From positions 96,001 through 160,000 of the forward strand of contig CAWDEM010000004.1 in assembly GCA_963801355.1 (NCBI GenBank): a DNA stretch of 64,000 nt, read 5' to 3'. This DNA comes from Ignavibacteriota bacterium. GTDB lineage: Bacteria; Bacteroidota; Ignavibacteria; UBA10030; UBA6906. The translations under genes were made by a program, and so were the position numbers. Of the stretch, positions 39,347-48,741 are shown in pieces. Each line of letters begins with the position of its first letter. The stretch's first letter is position 1. The notes beneath the pieces were generated by a model. It was not told the origin of the DNA. It saw only the letters and a program-made list of their open reading frames with translations, and did not search any database.

Positions 39347-40095
39347 AGAGAAGAGTAGTGCTTGTCACAGGCGCCTCCCGAGGTATCGGTAAGGCAATTG
39401 CCACCCTGTTTGCAGAAAACGGCGACCGTATTGCCGTGCACTACCATGTGGATGCCGTCAGTGCCGAGCAAACGCTCGCCGCACTTGCCGGAAGCGGGCA
39501 CAAGACGTTCCAGGCGGATATTGCCCGTCCGGAGGAGGCCCGACGGTTGGTCAGTGACGTACTCAGCGCAATGGATCGCATTGATGTGCTTGTAAATAAC
39601 GCCGGAATATTCGAGCTGCATGCGATTGCCGACGTGGGATTTGATCGCTGGGTCCAGGCATGGGAACGAATACTGGACACCAATCTTCTCGGTGCGGCAC
39701 ACGTGGCATACGGTGCCGCTCAGGCGATGATACGGCGGGGAGGCGGAAAGATTATCAACATTTCTTCCCGTGGAGCTTTCCGCGGAGAACCGGACGCGCC
39801 GGCGTACGGGGCCAGCAAAGCCGGGATGAATGCCATGAGCCAATCCCTGGCTAAAGCACTTGCGCCCCACAAGATCATGGTCTACGCAATTGCACCCGGC
39901 TGGGTGGCAACCGATATGGCTGCAGATGTTCTGGCCGGAGAGGAGGGAGATGAAATCCGCAATCAGAGTCCGCTGGCGCGCGTCGCCGAGCCGGATGAAA
40001 TCGCACGCACGGCGCTTTTCCTTGCTTCAGAAGGCACTGATTTTCTCACCGGATGTATCATCGATGTCAACGGAGCTTCATACTTGAGAACGTGA
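39343..40095 (+). CDS. SDR family oxidoreductase
   Basis: TGASRGIG, NNAG, YGASK, PGWVAT. Confidence 0.93.
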   Translation: MKRRVVLVTGASRGIGKAIATLFAENGDRIAVHYHVDAVSAEQTLAALAGSGHKTFQADIARPEEARRLVSDVLSAMDRIDVLVNNAGIFELHAIADVGFDRWVQAWERILDTNLLGAAHVAYGAAQAMIRRGGGKIINISSRGAFRGEPDAPAYGASKAGMNAMSQSLAKALAPHKIMVYAIAPGWVATDMAADVLAGEEGDEIRNQSPLARVAEPDEIARTALFLASEGTDFLTGCIIDVNGASYLRT

Positions 40096-40110
40096 GAGGA
40101 GCACCGCACC

Positions 40111-41169
40111 TTGGCCTCGACACCGACATTACGGGACTCCCTGCACCAGCTTACACGTCCCGGCGAGCTTTGTGTAAAGGCTGAGGACGGGACCGTCCAT
40201 TGCTATGCGTGCGGTCATCGCTGCAAGATTCTCCCCGGGCGGGAAGGTATCTGCAAGGTACGCTTCAACGACGGCGGTGTTCTCATGGTCCCCCATGGAT
40301 ATGTGAGCGGGCTCGCAGTCGATCCTATCGAGAAGAAACCGTTCTTCCACGTCCTTCCCGGTGCTGCAGCCCTCAGCTTCGGCATGCTCGGTTGCGACTA
40401 TCATTGCGCCTATTGCCAGAACTGGTACTCATCCCAGAGCCTCCGCGACCCGATGGCCGCCGCAGAACCTCGGCGGATCACCGCCGAACAGATTGTCGGC
40501 CTCGCCCTTGAGGAGCACATTCCCGTTATCACCAGCACATACAATGAGCCGCTCATCACCACCGAATGGGCGGTGGAGATCTTCAAGCTCGCGAAGTCCT
40601 ATGGCATACGCTGTGCATACGTTTCCAACGGGAATGCCACGCCCGAAGTGCTCGACTACCTGCGACCATGGATTGACTGCTACAAGGTCGACCTCAAGAG
40701 CTTCCGGCAGAAGAGTTACCAGCAGCTCGGAGGCAGGCTGGAGAATGTTCTGGACTCCATTAAGCAGTTGAAACAGATGGGGATCTGGGTGGAAGTAGTC
40801 ACGCTGGTCGTCCCGGGGTTCAATGATGAGCCTGAAGAGCTTGCAGACATCGCCGGATTTCTGGCTTCGGTCTCCGCCGACATCCCGTGGCATGTCACCG
40901 CATTCCACGAAGATTACAAAATGACCGATCCACCCCGCACGTCTCCTGCACTGCTCCGCCGTGCAGCGGAAATCGGCAGCGAGAAGGGTTTGCACTTCGT
41001 CTATGCCGGCAATCTCCCGGGACAAACCGGACGGCTTGAAGACACACGCTGCCCGGAATGTGGAACAACAGTTATTGAGCGGTCGGGATTCAGCGTGAAG
41101 TCAAACAAACTGATGGAGGGACACTGTCCACGGTGCGCTGTGACCATTCCCGGCCTGTGGGAGAAATAA
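40111..41169 (+). CDS. amrS: AmmeMemoRadiSam system radical SAM enzyme
   Basis: CYACGHRC, DPIEKKP, GCDYHCAYCQN, YNEP, TRCPECG. Confidence 0.9.
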   Translation: MASTPTLRDSLHQLTRPGELCVKAEDGTVHCYACGHRCKILPGREGICKVRFNDGGVLMVPHGYVSGLAVDPIEKKPFFHVLPGAAALSFGMLGCDYHCAYCQNWYSSQSLRDPMAAAEPRRITAEQIVGLALEEHIPVITSTYNEPLITTEWAVEIFKLAKSYGIRCAYVSNGNATPEVLDYLRPWIDCYKVDLKSFRQKSYQQLGGRLENVLDSIKQLKQMGIWVEVVTLVVPGFNDEPEELADIAGFLASVSADIPWHVTAFHEDYKMTDPPRTSPALLRRAAEIGSEKGLHFVYAGNLPGQTGRLEDTRCPECGTTVIERSGFSVKSNKLMEGHCPRCAVTIPGLWEK

Positions 41170-41172
41170 AAC

Positions 41173-41201
41173 GGGCTGTCTCATAAGTCATGAGGCAGCC
41201 C
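41173..41201. terminator. Hairpin between convergent amrS and LysM genes
   Basis: GGGCTGTCTCA...TGAGGCAGCCC preceded by an A run (U-tract on minus strand). Confidence 0.65.
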
Positions 41202-41237
41202 CTTGTGAGACCGGGTGAAACACAGAGGAAGAAGATC

Positions 41238-41612
41238 CTACTTCGGGGGAAGTTGCAGCTTCTGCCCCACTTTGATCAGATCGGGATCCTTCAGGATGCC
41301 CTTGTTGAGATTGAAAATCTCCATGTAGCGCTTCGCATTACCGAGGTGGGCCTTCGCCAGCTTTGACAGTGTGTCTCCGGCCTTCACGGTGTAGTAGCCA
41401 TACACGTCTGTTTTCTGCACCCCGATATTCGCTTCAACCTCAGTCTGCCACGTGGGAACCGTTTTGAGTTCGTCCCAGAACAGGTCCTTGTCGAGTGCAT
41501 ACGGAGCGGAACCCTTGATCCGCAGTTTACCCGCCTCTTCCTTCACATCGAGGCCTGCAAATCCGAGGTTGCGTGCAAGATCCAGCGCTGTTTTATATTT
41601 GTCCTGTAACAT
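41238..41612 (-). CDS. LysM domain protein (BON-LysM/Kbp-like)
   Basis: YTVKAGDTLSKLAK...IFNLN...PDLIKVGQKL; no signal peptide. Confidence 0.85.
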   Translation of the reverse strand: MLQDKYKTALDLARNLGFAGLDVKEEAGKLRIKGSAPYALDKDLFWDELKTVPTWQTEVEANIGVQKTDVYGYYTVKAGDTLSKLAKAHLGNAKRYMEIFNLNKGILKDPDLIKVGQKLQLPPK

Positions 41613-41641
41613 TATGTCCCTCCGTTTTTGTTAATTGTGAA

Positions 41642-41995
41642 CTACTTGACGCTTTTCTTCATGAAGCCGGCGAAGAGACCCCAAGCACCGATGGCCAGAT
41701 TCACGATAATACCGATGGTGCTCTCGTTCAGTGCTATGCCGGCAATATTGTTCACTCCCAGTGCCCCGAGAACGCCCACCAGCGCATTGAGACCACCGAG
41801 ACCCAATGCACCGACACGCTGCTGTGTTTCGGGACCCTTGAAGCCGAGATAACTCAGAATGACTCCGGAAACAAGATTGAATATGCTGCCACCCTGACTG
41901 CTCCCGATAGCTGGAATCGCGCTTGGTGCAGCCGTGCCAATAAGGCCCAGCACCGTCTGGATAATACCAGCGTACTTCGAGAATGCTTGTAGCAT
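41642..41995 (-). CDS. Small multi-TM membrane protein (DUF4383-like)
   Basis: Gly-rich hydrophobic helices; GGAGG before ATG 41995. Confidence 0.65.
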   Translation of the reverse strand: MLQAFSKYAGIIQTVLGLIGTAAPSAIPAIGSSQGGSIFNLVSGVILSYLGFKGPETQQRVGALGLGGLNALVGVLGALGVNNIAGIALNESTIGIIVNLAIGAWGLFAGFMKKSVK

Positions 41996-42079
41996 AATAA
42001 CCTCCGTCATTGAGGAACTGCAGTGCGGAACACCGGAGACTGAACGAGATGAAGCGTCATACTTCATCTCGATGGACCT

Positions 42080-42108
42080 AATCTATAGAACACTCGCGTA
42101 AGTGTCAA
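42080..42108 (-). promoter_or_regulatory. Sigma70 promoter for membrane protein-LysM operon
   Basis: Minus TTGACA-N17-TAGATT. Confidence 0.68.
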
Positions 42109-42182
42109 CCCCAAAAATGGGTGTTGTTTTCTTCCAATACGCCTGTATTTCACGGCTTTTTCGTATCTTTCAGCATCAACCT

Positions 42183-43025
42183 ATGCCCCATATGCAACCT
42201 CTGGTCTCCCTGATCATAGCCGTCTACAACAAGCCCGCAGTCCTGCGCCTTGTCCTTGCCGCGTGCTCACGGCAGAGGTTTCGTGACTTCGAAATTGTTG
42301 TGGCCGATGACGGCTCGGGAGTTGAAGTGAAACAGGTGATAGATAAGGCCCGGCAGCGATTGTCGCTCCCCATCACCCACCTCTGGCATGAAGATCACGG
42401 CTGGCGGAAAAATGCGATGTTGAACAACGCCATCCGGGCATCGGGGAGTGGCTACCTGGTTTTCATTGACGGCGACTGTATTCCAGGCCGTGATTTTCTC
42501 CTGGACCACTGGCAGCAACGCGAGAACCGCAAGGTGCTTCTGGGCAGACGCGTTGAAACCAGCAAGCGCTGGTCGGAAGCCCTGACAGAAGAGCACATCA
42601 CCAGCGGACGGTTCGAACACTACGGATGGAAGGAATGGATGGACGGAATCCGGGGAGACGCGCTGAGGATTGAAGATGGCATCAGAATTCCGCCGGCATG
42701 GCTCCGCGGTCTCCTCATGCGCAATGTCCGGGGAATGCTCGGGAGTAACTTCTCCGTTGCAAAAAACTGTCTCGAAGCCATTAACGGCTTCGATGAACTC
42801 TACACCGGCCCGGGATGCGGCGAAGATTCCGATATCCAGTACCGCCTCTCTCTCACCGGAATCACGGGAAAATCACTCAGGAATCTTGCGGTCCAGTATC
42901 ACGTCTGGCACCCGTTGACAACGGTCTCCGACGCTAGCTGGGAAAGGTTTGAAATGGTGAAGCGCACCACGGAACCGCGGTGCCGGAAGGGGTTGGACAC
43001 GCTGGACATACCCGGCACGGTATGA
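42183..43025 (+). CDS. Glycosyltransferase family 2
   Basis: SLIIAVYN, ADDGS, FIDGDC, GSNFS, INGFDE, GEDSD; start 42183 or 42192. Confidence 0.9.
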   Translation: MPHMQPLVSLIIAVYNKPAVLRLVLAACSRQRFRDFEIVVADDGSGVEVKQVIDKARQRLSLPITHLWHEDHGWRKNAMLNNAIRASGSGYLVFIDGDCIPGRDFLLDHWQQRENRKVLLGRRVETSKRWSEALTEEHITSGRFEHYGWKEWMDGIRGDALRIEDGIRIPPAWLRGLLMRNVRGMLGSNFSVAKNCLEAINGFDELYTGPGCGEDSDIQYRLSLTGITGKSLRNLAVQYHVWHPLTTVSDASWERFEMVKRTTEPRCRKGLDTLDIPGTV

Positions 43026-43028
43026 CCA

Positions 43029-43062
43029 CACCCTCTCTCCCGCAGATCCGGGAGAGAGGGTG
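43029..43062. terminator. 14-bp inverted repeat between convergent genes
   Basis: CACCCTCTCTCCCG...CGGGAGAGAGGGTG. Confidence 0.65.
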
Positions 43063-43075
43063 GAACAGTGGACAG

Positions 43076-43843
43076 TTACTTCCCCATATCCTTCAAGCCT
43101 TTGTTCTCCACTTTCGTATATCCTGCCGGTACTTCGAACTCCGAAGCAGCTACTGACTTCATCTCGATCTTCGTGACTGTGCTTTTCATCATTGTGCCCA
43201 TCTCAGTCACGATTGGAAACCCGTCGATCTTCATCATCGCTTCGCTGAGTCCCTTGAGACCACTCGGGGTCATCGACGCCATGCGCTTTGTCTGCTCCAA
43301 CATGTCCTGCCTCATGGCAGAAAAACCCCTCACGTCCTGTGTCACCCAGAGGGAGACTTCTTCCTTCCCTTCGCGTTTGACACTGTAGCGGGTGCAGGCA
43401 AATCCGCTGATCGATTTCTTTTCGCCGGTCTTTACAACGTCGATTTTGGACTCCTTCTGTGATCCGGCCATCTTCCCGCCGAGCATCTTTTCCATCATTT
43501 TCCGCTGCTCCGCGGGCATATTCTTCATCTGTTCCTGCATTTGATCCATCTGGGCATTCATCTTCTTGCCCATCTCTTCGAGTTCGGCAAATGTGCTCAC
43601 GCTGTACGTCTTGTCTTTGACGTTGACGGTGTAGATCTTCTCCTGGTCAATTCTGATGACGGTGAAATCGCCGTCAGCAGCATTCATTGTCTTGAGTTTC
43701 TTCGGCACATAGTATGTCTGCGTCAGTATTTCCTGGCCGTTGGTGACGATTTTGGTCTCCCAGACCATGCTCTGACCGAATGCCGTTGCAGCCAGGAGCA
43801 CCATAACGATCCCCGCCACTAGTACCCGCGCGCCACGCTTCAT
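43076..43843 (-). CDS. DUF4412-like exported protein
   Basis: Signal peptide; KTGEKKSISGFAC, LWVT, EFEVPAGY; Met/Gln-rich helical insert. Confidence 0.75.
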   Translation of the reverse strand: MKRGARVLVAGIVMVLLAATAFGQSMVWETKIVTNGQEILTQTYYVPKKLKTMNAADGDFTVIRIDQEKIYTVNVKDKTYSVSTFAELEEMGKKMNAQMDQMQEQMKNMPAEQRKMMEKMLGGKMAGSQKESKIDVVKTGEKKSISGFACTRYSVKREGKEEVSLWVTQDVRGFSAMRQDMLEQTKRMASMTPSGLKGLSEAMMKIDGFPIVTEMGTMMKSTVTKIEMKSVAASEFEVPAGYTKVENKGLKDMGK

Positions 43844-43872
43844 AGGAACCTCCATTGTAGTAGAAATGCGAG

Positions 43873-44766
43873 TTACCCCTCGACCGCCAGAGGGCGTGCA
43901 ACAACAATGCCGGTCACGGACTTGCTGCGGCCTACGTATTCCGCAAGCGAGCCTTCGGAAATCGTCACTGCGCCGCCCGAGAGCGGCGCATGAAGGAACT
44001 TCGCCGTCTTATCTTTCCGTATCACCATTCCCGTGTGCGCAATATCCATTCCTTCCTGGGAGGTGACGGTGCCGACGATATCGCCGTCGTGCAACAACCC
44101 GGAAATCGAAGCGATGTGTTTCCGCGGCACGCGGTGCAATGCGGCTCCGGAAAGGTTTGCTTCCGCGACTTTCACCCGGGCCAGGGCCGTATCATCAGCG
44201 AGTTGTGCGTAGCTTGCGCGATGGGCCGACATGAAATTGATCGTCTTGCGGTATGCTTCTCCGTGAAGAGTCATCGTAGAATCCTTGACGATCCCCTTGC
44301 GCTCGTTGTCAGCCATCCAATCGGTGAAGTAATGCAGCCGGCTCGCGTACCCGTCGATGGCGCCGCCGGCATACCGGATGCGCTGCAACTGCGCGGAGAA
44401 ATCCTCAAACGATGTCTTCCCGGAGGAAAGGCAACGGGACATCGCGAGGCAGTTCTCCACGAGGGTGAGACAGTCAAAACCCCGCAGATTGATGACCAGG
44501 TGTTCTTCGCCCGGCTCTTCCAGTGAGTGGGCGACATACGGCGTCCCGATGAAATGGGTTCCGAGTGCCACCATGTTCTTGCCCACCTGCCCATGCAACA
44601 GTCCGGCACCAACTCCCCACCGCATCGTGCGTTCAAGAATTTCCCGGTCGCTTTCGCTACGCCCGTACATACCGGATGGCACACCCGCAATCACCGCAGC
44701 GCCCATTGCGCCCAGCTGTATCAGAAAGTCGCGGCGTCCAACGGAACTCAATGGATTATTGGCCAT
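43873..44766 (-). CDS. DUF1460 (AmiA-like NlpC/P60) N-acetylmuramoyl-L-alanine amidase, Tat-exported
   Basis: GRRDFL twin-arginine signal; GTPY, FDCLTLVE, RLHYFTDW, AHTG, HAP. Confidence 0.85.
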   Translation of the reverse strand: MANNPLSSVGRRDFLIQLGAMGAAVIAGVPSGMYGRSESDREILERTMRWGVGAGLLHGQVGKNMVALGTHFIGTPYVAHSLEEPGEEHLVINLRGFDCLTLVENCLAMSRCLSSGKTSFEDFSAQLQRIRYAGGAIDGYASRLHYFTDWMADNERKGIVKDSTMTLHGEAYRKTINFMSAHRASYAQLADDTALARVKVAEANLSGAALHRVPRKHIASISGLLHDGDIVGTVTSQEGMDIAHTGMVIRKDKTAKFLHAPLSGGAVTISEGSLAEYVGRSKSVTGIVVARPLAVEG

Positions 44767-44806
44767 GACACACCTCCTCGCGCATTCCTCTTCACAGGGC
44801 CGGGGT

Positions 44807-46246
44807 TCAGAACGGCGGTTCTTCCAGCGCTCCCGCCGGCACAGGCTCAAGGCCGGGGAATGCTGGATTTTCAAATCGTGCGTAGCGGTTGACAAACGTG
44901 AGCTTCACATCGTCGATCGGACCGTTGCGCTGTTTGCCGACGATGATTTCTGCCGTTCCCTGAACCTCCGCCCCGTGTTCGGATTTCGGATCCGTGTACA
45001 TCCCGGGACGGTGGACGAACATAACGACGTCGGCATCCTGCTCGATGGCCCCCGATTCGCGAAGATCTGAAAGAATCGGCCGTTTATCGGTGCGGCCTTC
45101 AACCGCCCGGCTCAGCTGTGACAACGCAATGATGGGGATACTCAGTTCCTTGGCCAGAGCCTTGAGTGATCTGGATATCGCGGATATTTCCTTCTCCCGG
45201 TTCTCAGCCGACCTGGGCCCCTGCATGAGCTGCAGGTAATCTACGATAATCAATCCGGCATTATGCTCGGCTTTCAGGCGGCGTGCTTTGGCCCGGAGTT
45301 CCAGGATACCGAGACTTGCGCTGTCATCAATGAATATCTGCGCTTTCGCCAGCCGGCCGGCAGCGAGGCTCAGGCGGGTCCATTTCTCATCCGGCAACTG
45401 TCCGGTACGCACCGCGTGCGCATCAACGCGCGCCTCGGCACAAAGCAGTCGCATGATCAGCTGCCGCGTTGACATTTCCAGCGAGAAGATACCGACCGGG
45501 GTCGGCCTCCCTTTGTGCTGTGAAGCGTTGGCGGCAAGCGACAGCGCAAATGCCGTTTTCCCAGAGCTTGGCCGCCCGGCTACAATGATCAAATCGGAAT
45601 TTTGCCATCCACCGGTGAGTGCATCGAGATCGCGGAAGCCGCTCGGGACGCCGGTCACTCCTTCATGCTTGCCGTGGATGCTTTCCAGCATTTCCAGTGT
45701 GGTATGGAGTTCGCGCTCCATGGAGATGAAGCTCTTCTTGAGGCGCCATTCGGATATCTTGAAAATCGCCTGTTCGGCTTCATCGAGGAGATCGAAGGCA
45801 TCTTCGGTGGGACTGAAGGCGCGCGCGGCGACGCGGGAACTTTCGCCGATGAGTCGCCGGAGGATGGCTTTTTCAAGCACAATGCGCGCATGGTACTCCA
45901 CGTTCGCCGATGACGTGACCTTGAGCGTGAGCTCGACAATATATGACTGTCCCCCGGCGGCATCCAGGTGTCCACGGCGACGAAGTTCCTCTGCAACGGT
46001 GATGCTGTCAGCCGGCTCCCCCCGTTCAAAGAGGCCGCAGATCGCCTGAAAGATTTTTCTGTTCCGCTCGGCGTAGAATGCCTCGTCATCCAGCACTTCG
46101 AGAGCTTTGGAAATCGCTTCCTTCTCCAGAAGCATGGCGCCGATAATCTGCTCCTCGATGTCCACCGCCTGCGGTGGAACGCGCCCTTCCTGGATCTGAC
46201 GCTCGGTCGCGAGGTCAATATTGCCGCGATGCGGTACTTCCGGCAT
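44807..46246 (-). CDS. dnaB: Replicative DNA helicase
   Basis: PPQAVDIEE, GRPSSGKT, FSLEM, DYLQLM, LSQLSR, DLRESGAIEQDAD, KQRNGP. Confidence 0.97.
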   Translation of the reverse strand: MPEVPHRGNIDLATERQIQEGRVPPQAVDIEEQIIGAMLLEKEAISKALEVLDDEAFYAERNRKIFQAICGLFERGEPADSITVAEELRRRGHLDAAGGQSYIVELTLKVTSSANVEYHARIVLEKAILRRLIGESSRVAARAFSPTEDAFDLLDEAEQAIFKISEWRLKKSFISMERELHTTLEMLESIHGKHEGVTGVPSGFRDLDALTGGWQNSDLIIVAGRPSSGKTAFALSLAANASQHKGRPTPVGIFSLEMSTRQLIMRLLCAEARVDAHAVRTGQLPDEKWTRLSLAAGRLAKAQIFIDDSASLGILELRAKARRLKAEHNAGLIIVDYLQLMQGPRSAENREKEISAISRSLKALAKELSIPIIALSQLSRAVEGRTDKRPILSDLRESGAIEQDADVVMFVHRPGMYTDPKSEHGAEVQGTAEIIVGKQRNGPIDDVKLTFVNRYARFENPAFPGLEPVPAGALEEPPF

Positions 46247-46263
46247 GGCCGCACATCCTTCCG

Positions 46264-47076
46264 TTATCGTGCAAGCAGTTCGGCGTGCAGTTTCTGAATC
46301 GCCTGGAAATCCTCCCAGGTCGGCGTCTTCCAGTTGGGGTTCCGCAGCAGTGCCGCAGGATGATAGGTGACCCGCAACGGGATCCCTTCAAACAGCAACG
46401 TCCGGCCGCGCAACCTCGTCAGACTGTCATTGATGTGCAGGAGATTTTGCGCAGCCGTCAATCCAAGACAGACAATGAGCTTCGGCTTGATCAGGGCGAT
46501 CTGTTTTTTCAGATACGGGATGCACGACTCCACTTCTTCGGGCAACGGCGTTCTGTTGTTCGGCGGCCGGCATTTCAGAATGTTACAGATATACACATCC
46601 TCACGCTTCATGGCGATAGCAGCGAGTATCTTGTTCAGGAGCTGCCCGGCACGCCCGACAAACGGTTCTCCCTGTGCATCTTCATCCGCTCCCGGGGCTT
46701 CACCTACAAACATGAGTGTGGCATGGGGATTCCCCACGCCGAATACGAAGCGTGTGCGGGTGTGTCCGAGTGCACACTTGAGGCACCCGGAAATTTGTTC
46801 GTTCAGGCGCGCGAGGTCTTCCGTCGGCATCCACTCCTCGTGGACCGGCGCCGGTTGCGGTACCGGCGGGAGCTCGAAGAGCATCATGTCGCCGGGGTCG
46901 TCAGGCTGCGTCCTTGTTCGGGCGTTTGATGATCCTGAGGTTGTGCGTGGTGTCGGCATGGCGGTGTGTGTGGTATTCTGCGGTGATGGGGATGTGCCGT
47001 CAAGCAGCAGAGAATCCCCGAACACTTCACGATCCGATTCCAGAAAGTGCCGCAGGGATGTCCAGAAGTCATTCAT
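46264..47076 (-). CDS. Uracil-DNA glycosylase family 4
   Basis: CLKCAL, GEAPGADED, PFVGRAG, KCRPPNNR, YHPAALLR. Confidence 0.92.
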   Translation of the reverse strand: MNDFWTSLRHFLESDREVFGDSLLLDGTSPSPQNTTHTAMPTPRTTSGSSNARTRTQPDDPGDMMLFELPPVPQPAPVHEEWMPTEDLARLNEQISGCLKCALGHTRTRFVFGVGNPHATLMFVGEAPGADEDAQGEPFVGRAGQLLNKILAAIAMKREDVYICNILKCRPPNNRTPLPEEVESCIPYLKKQIALIKPKLIVCLGLTAAQNLLHINDSLTRLRGRTLLFEGIPLRVTYHPAALLRNPNWKTPTWEDFQAIQKLHAELLAR

Positions 47077-47077
47077 A

Positions 47078-47132
47078 TGCTTGGCATGTGCTCGGCATGT
47101 GCGCGGCATCTGCATGGCATCCGCCTGGCTGC
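47078..47132. repeat. 11-bp tandem repeat (TGCNNGGCATS) x4 plus one degenerate copy
   Basis: tgcttggcatg tgctcggcatg tgcgcggcatc tgcatggcatc cgcctggctgc. Confidence 0.8.
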
Positions 47133-47153
47133 AGAACCAGCCGGCGGCACGCA

Positions 47154-48377
47154 TCACCCGGCACCGGCAACGAGACGTGCGATACGGTCAAGGATGTCGT
47201 CCGCAACGTCGGTTTTCGGCTTGCGGGGAAGCTGTTCGGCTGTTCCATCGGGTGCAATGATCGTCACGACATTGGTGTCCGCACCGAAACCCGCACCGTC
47301 GACGGTCGGATTGTTCATGACCACGAGGTCCAGCCCCTTGCGGGTGAGCTTCTCCCGGGCATTCGCCAGCTCATCCTCGGTTTCGAGTGCAAACCCGACC
47401 AGAATCTGCCGCGTCTTCCGTTCGCCCACAGCGCGCAGTATATCGGGGTTCTTCACGCAGGCAATGGTCCAGCTGTCACCCGCAACTTTTTCACGTTTAA
47501 TCTTCGCCGGCGAGGGTGTTGCGGGGGTAAAATCCGCAACCGCGGCGGCCATGATCAGTACATCCGTGCCGTCAAATTCTTTCATAACGGCTTCGTGCAT
47601 TTCGCGTGCGGTCATCACATCGATCCGATGAACACCCGCCGGTGTGGGAAGATGCACGGGGCCTGACACGAGCGTGACCACCGCGCCACGGCGGGCCGCC
47701 GCCGCCGCGAGTGCAAATCCCATCTTGCCCGATGATCGGTTCCCCAGAAAGCGGACCGGATCGATCGGTTCATAGGTCGGCCCCGCCGTCACAAGGATGC
47801 GCCGGCCGGGGAGATCCTTCCGGGTTCCTGCAAGCACGCGCGACACACTTTCCGCGATCACCGACGGATCCGGGAGCCGGCCCGGACCGACGAGTCCGCT
47901 GGCAAGCTCTCCGCTCTCGGGTTCAATGATGCCGACGCCCCGCTCCCGCAAGCGTGCAATGTTCTGCTGTGTCACCGGGTTGGCGTACATATCCCCATCC
48001 ATCGATGGGGCCACAAGAAGCGGACAACGAAGAGCAAGCACAAGCGATGTGAGAAAATTGTCCGCCATGCCGCACACGATCTTGGCAATGGTGTTGGCCG
48101 TTGCCGGCGCAATCACCATCAGATCGCCCCATACCGCCAGCTCGATGTGTCTCGTCCATTGCTCGGCGGGCTGTTCGGCGGACGGGAACATGTCGAGGAT
48201 TACTTCCCGGCGCGAAAGAGTCGCCAGCGTCAACGGCGTCACAAAATGCGTTGCTGCTGGCGTCATGACCACCTGCACGGTGGCCCCTGCCCGCACCAAC
48301 TCACGCACAAGCAGAGGGCTCTTGTAAGCAGCAATGCCCCCGGTAACCCCCACGATGATATGTTTGCCTTCGAGCAT
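47154..48377 (-). CDS. coaBC: Phosphopantothenoylcysteine decarboxylase/ligase
   Basis: GVTGGIAAYK, APATAN, TAGPTYEPIDPVRF, SSGKMG, AAVADF, GFALET; note ELASG where the catalytic Cys (LACG) is usual. Confidence 0.95.
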   Translation of the reverse strand: MLEGKHIIVGVTGGIAAYKSPLLVRELVRAGATVQVVMTPAATHFVTPLTLATLSRREVILDMFPSAEQPAEQWTRHIELAVWGDLMVIAPATANTIAKIVCGMADNFLTSLVLALRCPLLVAPSMDGDMYANPVTQQNIARLRERGVGIIEPESGELASGLVGPGRLPDPSVIAESVSRVLAGTRKDLPGRRILVTAGPTYEPIDPVRFLGNRSSGKMGFALAAAAARRGAVVTLVSGPVHLPTPAGVHRIDVMTAREMHEAVMKEFDGTDVLIMAAAVADFTPATPSPAKIKREKVAGDSWTIACVKNPDILRAVGERKTRQILVGFALETEDELANAREKLTRKGLDLVVMNNPTVDGAGFGADTNVVTIIAPDGTAEQLPRKPKTDVADDILDRIARLVAGAG

Positions 48378-48390
48378 CGGCCAGCCCGAA

Positions 48391-48741
48391 TCAGGCCTCC
48401 TCGGTCTCTTCCGCCGCCGGCTCTTCATCCACGAGCTTCGGCAATTCCTCTTTTTCACGGTACCGCCAGCTCAGCTTGTCGGTGATGAGCTCTTCCAGCG
48501 CACTGTCGGTGGGTTTCGTGCGCTTCTCAAACTCAAGGCTGATCTTCAATTGATCGGGGTTGATATCGTTCTCCTCCCCTTCACCTTCAGTTTTCACCGT
48601 GATCATTTCCACCCGCTGGTTGAATTCGATCTTCAGCTCTTCGTTGATCTGGCGGGCACGGCGTGAAGCGGCCACGATACATTCGTGGACATTCTTGTCG
48701 GGCCTGTTGAAGAACTCGAGATCAATTGGTTTGAGAGGCAT
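48391..48741 (-). CDS. rpoZ: RNA polymerase omega subunit (Bacteroidota type)
   Basis: NVHECIVAASRRARQIN...QLKISLEFE..KPT; lies between gmk and coaBC. Confidence 0.82.
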   Translation of the reverse strand: MPLKPIDLEFFNRPDKNVHECIVAASRRARQINEELKIEFNQRVEMITVKTEGEGEENDINPDQLKISLEFEKRTKPTDSALEELITDKLSWRYREKEELPKLVDEEPAAEETEEA

